Of a stretch of DNA of 64,000 bases, positions 58,322 to 64,000 are shown piece after piece. The notes under the pieces were generated by a model. The model made no database searches, was not told the DNA's origin, and was given only the letters and a program-made list of their open reading frames with translations. Both the position numbers and the translations under genes were made by a program. The DNA is from Chloroflexota bacterium. GTDB lineage: Bacteria > Chloroflexota > UBA11872 > VXNJ01. How positions within the stretch are numbered: the first letter of the stretch is position 1; each line of letters begins with the position of its first letter. The stretch is taken from NCBI GenBank assembly GCA_965207915.1, contig OZ242304.1, positions 1,389,581 through 1,453,580 of the forward strand, in the 5' to 3' direction.

Positions 58322-61300
58322 TCAGGGCGCCGGCGCCACCGCGAACGCGTCTGACCAAGGGCCGGCGCCGGCGCGATTGCGGGCCCGAATCTGAAATTCG
58401 TACGAAAGATCGTCCTCGAGACCGTCAAGAACCAGATTGAGGCCGGCGACGGGATCCAGGCGGCCGATCATCGTCCAGTACCGGTCGGATTTCTCTGGGG
58501 TCCCGGCATAGATGTAGCGCAGGTCGTAGCCAGTGATTCGACTTCCTCCGGTAATGTCCGGCGGAGACCAGTAAATCTCCGTTCGAGCGGGGCTCCGCGC
58601 GACCGCGGCTATTGCGGGCGGCGAAGGCTTGCCCGGGGTGCGCACGATCACCAGCGCGTAGATGCGAACCCTGCTTGAATCGGCCGACTGCACCCGCAGC
58701 AGCAGAATGTTCGGGCCCGAGGCGGTATCGAACTGGAAACCGTTGCCCGGTTCGCCGTCGGCATCGGGCAGCGGGAGCGGCCCGCCTGAGCCGACCGGCG
58801 GCGCCAGGAATTCGAAAACCGCCGCCGGGTCGATCGTTCGGGGCTCGATGGTGATGCGTTCGGACTGGTGATTGACCAGGCGGCGCAGGTAACTCGAACC
58901 GATGGAATAGTTGGAAAACTGCCCGGCGACCCCGATCGCCTCCAGGCCAACCTCGCCCGGTTTGGCGAGTTCGATCGCAAAACTGTAAGTCTGCTCGGAG
59001 GCTGGGTTTGAAACCCGGATGCTCAGTTCGAAGGGTTCCCCGTCCGGCGGCAGCCGCGACAGATTGATCTGAAACCCGTCGGACCGGGGATCGGCGTCCA
59101 CCAGCGGGACAAGATCCGGGCCCAGGTAGCTGACTTCGGAGCTTTCATTGAATAGTTCCGGCGCCAGCGAGAGTTGCGCGGAGACGTCGCCTATTTCCAC
59201 GAATAGCCGGTAGCGGGTGTCGCCCGGCGAAAAAGCGGGCAGCAATCGGCCGAGGTTCAGCGGCAGCGCACGGATTCCGACGTCGCAGAAAGAAAGCCCG
59301 AGCCGGGCGAAATCGTGGTACTGCAATACGTCGACGCGGAGCGTTGCCGGCAGACAGCCCCCCAATCGGTTGCCGGCGAGGCGCAATGTCCCCAGGGCCG
59401 GCAGATTCCCGAACGACTCGGGGACGGGCCCGGTGAACTCGTTGCCGGCCAGCCCCAACCCGATCAGCTCAGCGGCGTTGCCGAAGGAGGTCGGGAGCGG
59501 ACCGGACAGTTCGTTCTCGTCAAGCGAGAGCAGCAGAAGTTTGGGCAATTGGGCCACCTGGTCCGGCAGGGGTCCGGAAAGCCGGTTGCCGCTCAGTTCC
59601 AGGATCACCAGCTCGCTCAACTGGCCGAAGGCGGACGGGATCTCGCCGCTCAGGCGGTTTTTTCTGAGGTCGAGATTCCGCAACCGGACAAGGTCGGCGA
59701 TCGCGGCCGGCAACGGGCCGCTCAACCCGTTGTCGCCCAACTCGAGCTCGACCACGCGACCGGCGTTGTCGGTGTTGACCCCGTGCCAATCGCCGAGTGG
59801 ATCTTCGGACAGCCATCCCTCGCTTCGGGACCATGCGGGGCCGCCGGTGGCTTCATAGAGCCGGATCAGGATGTCACGGTCCGGGGCCAGGCGCTCCAGG
59901 GCCAGCTCGAATCCGCGCCCGTTTTGCCCGTCGGCCGGGGTCACCTCGATCAGGATGCTGTTCGCACCGACCGCCAGGTCGACCTGGTGGCCGTTTTCGG
60001 CGACCTGATCGGCATCGGGCGGGGAGATGTTCACGGTCGCCCCGGGATCAAGCGCCAGCGGTTCGACTCGCACCCGTCCGCGTTCGAAACCGACCCTATG
60101 CGAAAACTCTCCCGCCTCGATGCCGGCGAATATCGGGCGGCCATCGACCAACACCGCGAACAACCCCGCTTCCCCGGCCCGGGCGGGCGAGAACCGCAGA
60201 CTGTAGCGGTATTTCAGGTCCCCCGAGATCACCTCCACCGACATCAGCGGCGGGAGGTCATCGGCGGTCAGTTCGGCAATATCCAGCTGAAAGCCGCCGG
60301 TCTGGCTGTCGGCGTCGGCAAGGATCCGACCGTTTGCGTCAAGAAACGCGACCGCCTGCAATTCCTGGTATGCGAAGAGCCTTAGCGAAACGTGTCGCGA
60401 ACTCTCGGGGGCGGGAACGTCTACGACGTAATCGTGGCGGGCTGAATCGAATTCGGGTCGGATTTGTCCGGGCGAAACACTTATCAGGCTCAGGGCCAGG
60501 TCGCAGAACGGTCTGCCGCCGAATTCCAGCAGGTCGATCGTGGAGCGGAGGCGGCGAATCTCGTTAGGGGCGCAGCCCTCGAAGCCGTTCCCTTCCAGGA
60601 ACAGTTCGCGCAATCGCGACAACTGGGCAATCTCCTCCGGGATCAATCCTTCAAGCCGGTTGTGGGCGAGGTTTAGCCAGCGCATGCGGCCAAGATCGCC
60701 AAGCGCGGCCGGGATGGAGCCGCCAAGCCGGTTGTTGCTCAGGTCTAGATGCTCTAGTTCGGCCAGCGACGCCAGCGACGGCGGGATCTGGCCCTCGAGC
60801 TGGTTGCCGGACAGGTCGAGACTGAGCAGCCCAGGAATGGAACCGATTGACTCGGGCACCGGCCCGGCGAGGAGATTCCGCTCGATCCCGAGCTCGAGCA
60901 GGGATTGCAGGCGACCGATGTCGTCCGGAATTTCGCCGCTGAGCCGGTTGCGGCCGAGACGCAGGTCGGAAAGCGCGTCCAGGTCCGGCAGCCAGCCTGG
61001 CAACTCCCCACTCAGTCGGTTACCGTGCAGATGCAGCGATCTGATCCGCGATGATCTGCCCAGCGAATCCGGGATCGGTCCGATCAACTGGTTGTCGTTG
61101 AGCCGCAGACGGGTGAGCGCCGGTAAGCCGCCGAATCGGTCCGGGATCGTTCCGCTGAAAGCGTTGTTGTCGAGCTCGAGCACCTGTAGTTGAGCGACCG
61201 AGAAAAGATTCGGCGGGATCGGCCCCGAGAGCGCGTTGTCGCTCAGGCGCAGGTACTGCAGTCCGGAGAAGTCTCCGAACCACGGCGGAATCTGGCCGGT

Positions 61301-62713
61301 CAGTTGGTTTCCGCCCAGATCGACCCACCGCAGGTTCGCCAGCGATCGCAATCCGCCCGGGATCGGGGCGGTCAGGTTCGCGTTTGCAAGGTCCAGGTCC
61401 TGGAGGGACTCGAGCTCTCCGAGCCAGCCGGGTATCGCGCCGGTCAGCGGATTTCCTCCCAGCGCCAGCCGGACTACGCGGCTCAATTCGGCCATTTCCT
61501 TCGGCGGCGGCCCGGTAAGCGAATTCGAGCTCAGGTCGAGCACTTCAAGTGATGAAAGCTCCGCCAGCCAGGCGGGTATCGGGCCGGAGAGGGAGTTGCC
61601 GCCCAAATCCAGGTGCGAAAGGGTCGCGAGCGCCGAGAGATCCGGTATTTGGCCGGTCAACTGGTTGCCGCCGGCCCAGAGCTCGGTCAAGTTCTCCAGC
61701 TGGCCGAGCCGCCGCGGCAGCGAGCCCGAAAACCGATTGCCGCCGACCCGCAGGACCCGCAGATCGGCCATGTCGCCGAGTCCCGCAGGAATCGGGCCCC
61801 TGAATACGTTGCTGGAAAGATCAAGGTGCTGCAGACCGTCAAACCTGGCGATCGCGCTCGGCACCGGGCCGGTGATGATGTTGCCCGAAAGATCTAGCCG
61901 CTGCAGGCGCGTGGGCGGTCCGCCGGGGATTCGGAGGCGTCCATTCAGTCGGTTGCCGGAAAGGTCAAGTTCCGCCAGATCTGCGATGCCGAACAATCCG
62001 GCCGGGATTTCACCGGACAGCGAGTTTTCCGCCATCAACAGCCGTTTGAGGTTTTGCAGGGTTCCGAGCGAGGCCGGAATCGGACCATGGAACCCGTTTT
62101 GACTCAAGTCCAGGTGGGTCAGGCGCGAAAAGTTGGCCAATTCCCGGCGGACGCGGTCGATCAGTCGGTTGCCGCTCAAATCGAGTCGCTCAAGCGAGCT
62201 CAGCTCATAAAACTGGTCCGGGATGCCGGCGACCAGCTGGTTGCCGGAGAGGTCAAGGATTTGCAGTCGCGGAGCTGCGCCCAGGGCGGCCGGAATCGAA
62301 CCGCTGAAACGGTTGTCGGCCAGACTTATCGTTCTGATCGCCGGGAGCCGCCCGAGTCCGAGGGGGACCGCGCCGCGGAGCAGGTTGTTGCTTAGGTCTA
62401 GCGCTTCGAGGCCTTGAAGTTGATCGATCGCGGGCGTGATTTGCCCCCGCAGGCGGTTGGAAGCCAGAGCGATTGCGGTGACCCTGCCGGCTTCATCAGT
62501 GGTGAGGCCGTACCACTGATCCAGCGGGGCCGAGCTGTTCCAGTTGTCGGAATTGAGCCATCCCGATCCGCCGGCGGCTTCGAATAATTCGGCAAGAACC
62601 GCCCGGTCCGATGCGGGTGACGATTGCGGCGCCACGATCGCCGCGTCTGCGGTCGGCGCCGCGCCGCTGAAGCCCAGCACCGCCGCCAGGATCAAGGCCA
62701 GGGGACGAATCAC
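58322..62713 (-). CDS. Large secreted leucine-rich-repeat protein (two plant-type LRR blocks with LRRNT-like caps, central beta-rich region, C-terminal fibronectin type III domain)
   Basis: Signal peptide (MIRPLALILAAVLGFSGAAPTADA). Over 40 24-residue LxxLxxLxLxxNxLxGxIPxxLGx repeats. N-caps AELFEAAGGSGWLNSDNWNSS...WYGLTTD..GRVTAI resemble the plant LRRNT_2. The C-terminal FN3 is recognisable from the W...Y...Y pattern (IYWSPP...YDLRY...YEFQIRARN). Confidence 0.8.
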   Translation of the reverse strand: MIRPLALILAAVLGFSGAAPTADAAIVAPQSSPASDRAVLAELFEAAGGSGWLNSDNWNSSAPLDQWYGLTTDEAGRVTAIALASNRLRGQITPAIDQLQGLEALDLSNNLLRGAVPLGLGRLPAIRTISLADNRFSGSIPAALGAAPRLQILDLSGNQLVAGIPDQFYELSSLERLDLSGNRLIDRVRRELANFSRLTHLDLSQNGFHGPIPASLGTLQNLKRLLMAENSLSGEIPAGLFGIADLAELDLSGNRLNGRLRIPGGPPTRLQRLDLSGNIITGPVPSAIARFDGLQHLDLSSNVFRGPIPAGLGDMADLRVLRVGGNRFSGSLPRRLGQLENLTELWAGGNQLTGQIPDLSALATLSHLDLGGNSLSGPIPAWLAELSSLEVLDLSSNSLTGPPPKEMAELSRVVRLALGGNPLTGAIPGWLGELESLQDLDLANANLTAPIPGGLRSLANLRWVDLGGNQLTGQIPPWFGDFSGLQYLRLSDNALSGPIPPNLFSVAQLQVLELDNNAFSGTIPDRFGGLPALTRLRLNDNQLIGPIPDSLGRSSRIRSLHLHGNRLSGELPGWLPDLDALSDLRLGRNRLSGEIPDDIGRLQSLLELGIERNLLAGPVPESIGSIPGLLSLDLSGNQLEGQIPPSLASLAELEHLDLSNNRLGGSIPAALGDLGRMRWLNLAHNRLEGLIPEEIAQLSRLRELFLEGNGFEGCAPNEIRRLRSTIDLLEFGGRPFCDLALSLISVSPGQIRPEFDSARHDYVVDVPAPESSRHVSLRLFAYQELQAVAFLDANGRILADADSQTGGFQLDIAELTADDLPPLMSVEVISGDLKYRYSLRFSPARAGEAGLFAVLVDGRPIFAGIEAGEFSHRVGFERGRVRVEPLALDPGATVNISPPDADQVAENGHQVDLAVGANSILIEVTPADGQNGRGFELALERLAPDRDILIRLYEATGGPAWSRSEGWLSEDPLGDWHGVNTDNAGRVVELELGDNGLSGPLPAAIADLVRLRNLDLRKNRLSGEIPSAFGQLSELVILELSGNRLSGPLPDQVAQLPKLLLLSLDENELSGPLPTSFGNAAELIGLGLAGNEFTGPVPESFGNLPALGTLRLAGNRLGGCLPATLRVDVLQYHDFARLGLSFCDVGIRALPLNLGRLLPAFSPGDTRYRLFVEIGDVSAQLSLAPELFNESSEVSYLGPDLVPLVDADPRSDGFQINLSRLPPDGEPFELSIRVSNPASEQTYSFAIELAKPGEVGLEAIGVAGQFSNYSIGSSYLRRLVNHQSERITIEPRTIDPAAVFEFLAPPVGSGGPLPLPDADGEPGNGFQFDTASGPNILLLRVQSADSSRVRIYALVIVRTPGKPSPPAIAAVARSPARTEIYWSPPDITGGSRITGYDLRYIYAGTPEKSDRYWTMIGRLDPVAGLNLVLDGLEDDLSYEFQIRARNRAGAGPWSDAFAVAPAP

Positions 62714-63020
62714 GCGTTAAGCCGGGCCCCAAGATTGCCCGGTAGTGGAACCAATTGCCAGCATTGGGTCCGAATTCTGTGTCTGCAAATCAGGGTGCCG
62801 CCGCCAGTGAAAGTCCCTTCAGGGCACCCATTCTTGCAAGGTGCGAGGGAGCGGAAATGGCGGCGTCTCGCGTTTGAGTTCTATATCGGCCCGATCGGCG
62901 AACCGCCCGGCTGCAAGAATCGCGCGGCGTCAATCCCCAACCCATAGCTCTGGAAGTTCAGCGCCCGTGAATGCATCGCCAAGCTCCGCGGCTTCCTCCG
63001 CCCGGGAAACTCCGGGCTCC

Positions 63021-64000
63021 ATGCCCAACATCGTGTTTCTGATGAGTGACGACCACGGATGGCATGAAACCGGCTACAACGGGCATCCGATCGTGCAGAC
63101 GCCGGTCCTGGACGAAATGGCCTCCGAAGGGCTCTGTCTCGACAGCTTCTATTCCGGGGCGCCGCTCTGTTCGCCAACCCGGGCGAGCGTGATTACCGGC
63201 CGTCATCCGAATCGGTGCGGAACGTTCAACCCGGGCTGGTCGATTCGGCCGGAGGAAATTACCATCGCGCAGATCCTGTCGCGGGCGGGTTACGCTTGCG
63301 GCCACTTCGGCAAGTGGCATCTCGGTCCGGTGAAGGCCGATTCGCCGACCAATCCGCGGGCAATGGGGTTTGAGGAATACCTCTCGCACGACAACTTTTT
63401 CGACATGGACCCATACCTTTCGCACAATGGCGGTCCGCCGGAGAAGTACGAAGGTGAAAGCTCCCAGATCGTCGTCGATGCGGCCAACCGTTTCATCTCG
63501 GATGCGCGGGCAGCCGGGCGCCCGTTTTTCGTGGTGGCCTGGTTCGGATCCCCGCACGAGCCCTACAGCGCACTTGATGAGGACCTTGCCACCTACGGCG
63601 ATCTGCCGGAAGAATTGCAGCAGAACACAGCGCAGATCACCTCGCTTGAGACCGGAGAGCAGGTGCATATCCGACTGGACAGGGTGCTACAGGCGCGTTA
63701 TGCAGAGATCACCGCGATGGACAGGGCGATTGGCGATCTGCGCCAGCACCTGTCCCGGGAGCAGATAAGGGATGAGACTTTGCTCTGGTACTGCGGCGAC
63801 AACGGCGCACCGCGGGAGAGCCGGTTCGCCTCGCCAATGCGCGGTTACAAAGGGCTCGTTTACGAGGGCGGAATAAGAGTGCCTGCGGTTATCGAGTGGC
63901 CAGCCCGGTTTAAGGAACCTAATCGCTTGTCGATGGACTCGGTCACCAGCGACATCCTGCCGACATTGTGCGAGCTGACGGGACAGCCATTGCCCGATCG
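63021..64000 (+). CDS. Sulfatase (arylsulfatase family), 3' truncated by window end
   Basis: MPNIVFLMSDDHGW and the formylglycine motif CSPTRASVITG. No signal peptide. It is absent from the ORF track only because no stop codon falls inside the window. Confidence 0.8.
   Translation, partial: MPNIVFLMSDDHGWHETGYNGHPIVQTPVLDEMASEGLCLDSFYSGAPLCSPTRASVITGRHPNRCGTFNPGWSIRPEEITIAQILSRAGYACGHFGKWHLGPVKADSPTNPRAMGFEEYLSHDNFFDMDPYLSHNGGPPEKYEGESSQIVVDAANRFISDARAAGRPFFVVAWFGSPHEPYSALDEDLATYGDLPEELQQNTAQITSLETGEQVHIRLDRVLQARYAEITAMDRAIGDLRQHLSREQIRDETLLWYCGDNGAPRESRFASPMRGYKGLVYEGGIRVPAVIEWPARFKEPNRLSMDSVTSDILPTLCELTGQPLPD

Noticed and set aside
62958-63668. 236-aa minus-strand ORF
   Set aside because: Antisense to the clearly identified (window-truncated) sulfatase gene starting at 63021.

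Overview
This is a high-GC (about 68%) bacterial chromosomal window with dense coding and about 55 supportable genes. The six-frame track contains many Arg/Gly/Pro-rich shadow ORFs that I ignored. Recognisable content, from left to right:
- a cytoplasmic GH116 (GBA2-like) beta-glucosidase and three signal-peptide-less sulfatases (C-x-P-x-R);
- a co-directional SDR, NurA-like, HerA-like, SbcD(Mre11), SbcC(Rad50) block with overlapping stops and starts;
- DegV, tRNA-Lys(UUU), gyrA (GyrA box QGRGGKG) and moaC;
- an N-domain-less ClpC-like AAA+ ATPase, accD-accA, and a PPi-type phosphofructokinase;
- a metallophosphoesterase, an S9 peptidase, and two Pup-ligase-family paralogs flanking a small Pup-like ORF that ends in GGQ, with no proteasome genes, followed by a tandem cNMP-binding protein;
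- three tandem aldo/keto reductase paralogs and a DUF2203-like gene;
- a two-ATP-cone ribonucleotide reductase alpha subunit behind a 600-bp AT-rich structured leader that carries an NrdR-box-like palindrome;
- a HAD hydrolase, an M20 peptidase, a TauE exporter, an MFS transporter, aroC, an XDH/CoxMSL-type molybdoenzyme trio and a MoaD-like GG protein;
- DUF1971, DUF2461, an alpha/beta hydrolase and an orphan ACP-like gene;
- an IS110-family transposase next to a 1463-aa secreted plant-type LRR + FN3 protein.

Two AT-rich islands (36.5-37.1 kb and 43.06-44.9 kb) stand out from the genomic background. They contain a 13-bp inverted repeat, a perfect 38-bp palindrome, a strongly SD-preceded 43-aa basic ORF and recurring AATTGC/CAATTG motifs.

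The candidates I rank highest are the archaeal-style nurA-herA-mre11-rad50 operon, the proteasome-less pafA-pup-dop-cNMP locus, the AT-rich islands, and the IS110-adjacent LRR giant.

Coordinates of a few starts may be off by +/-1 to 3 nt because they were hand-counted.
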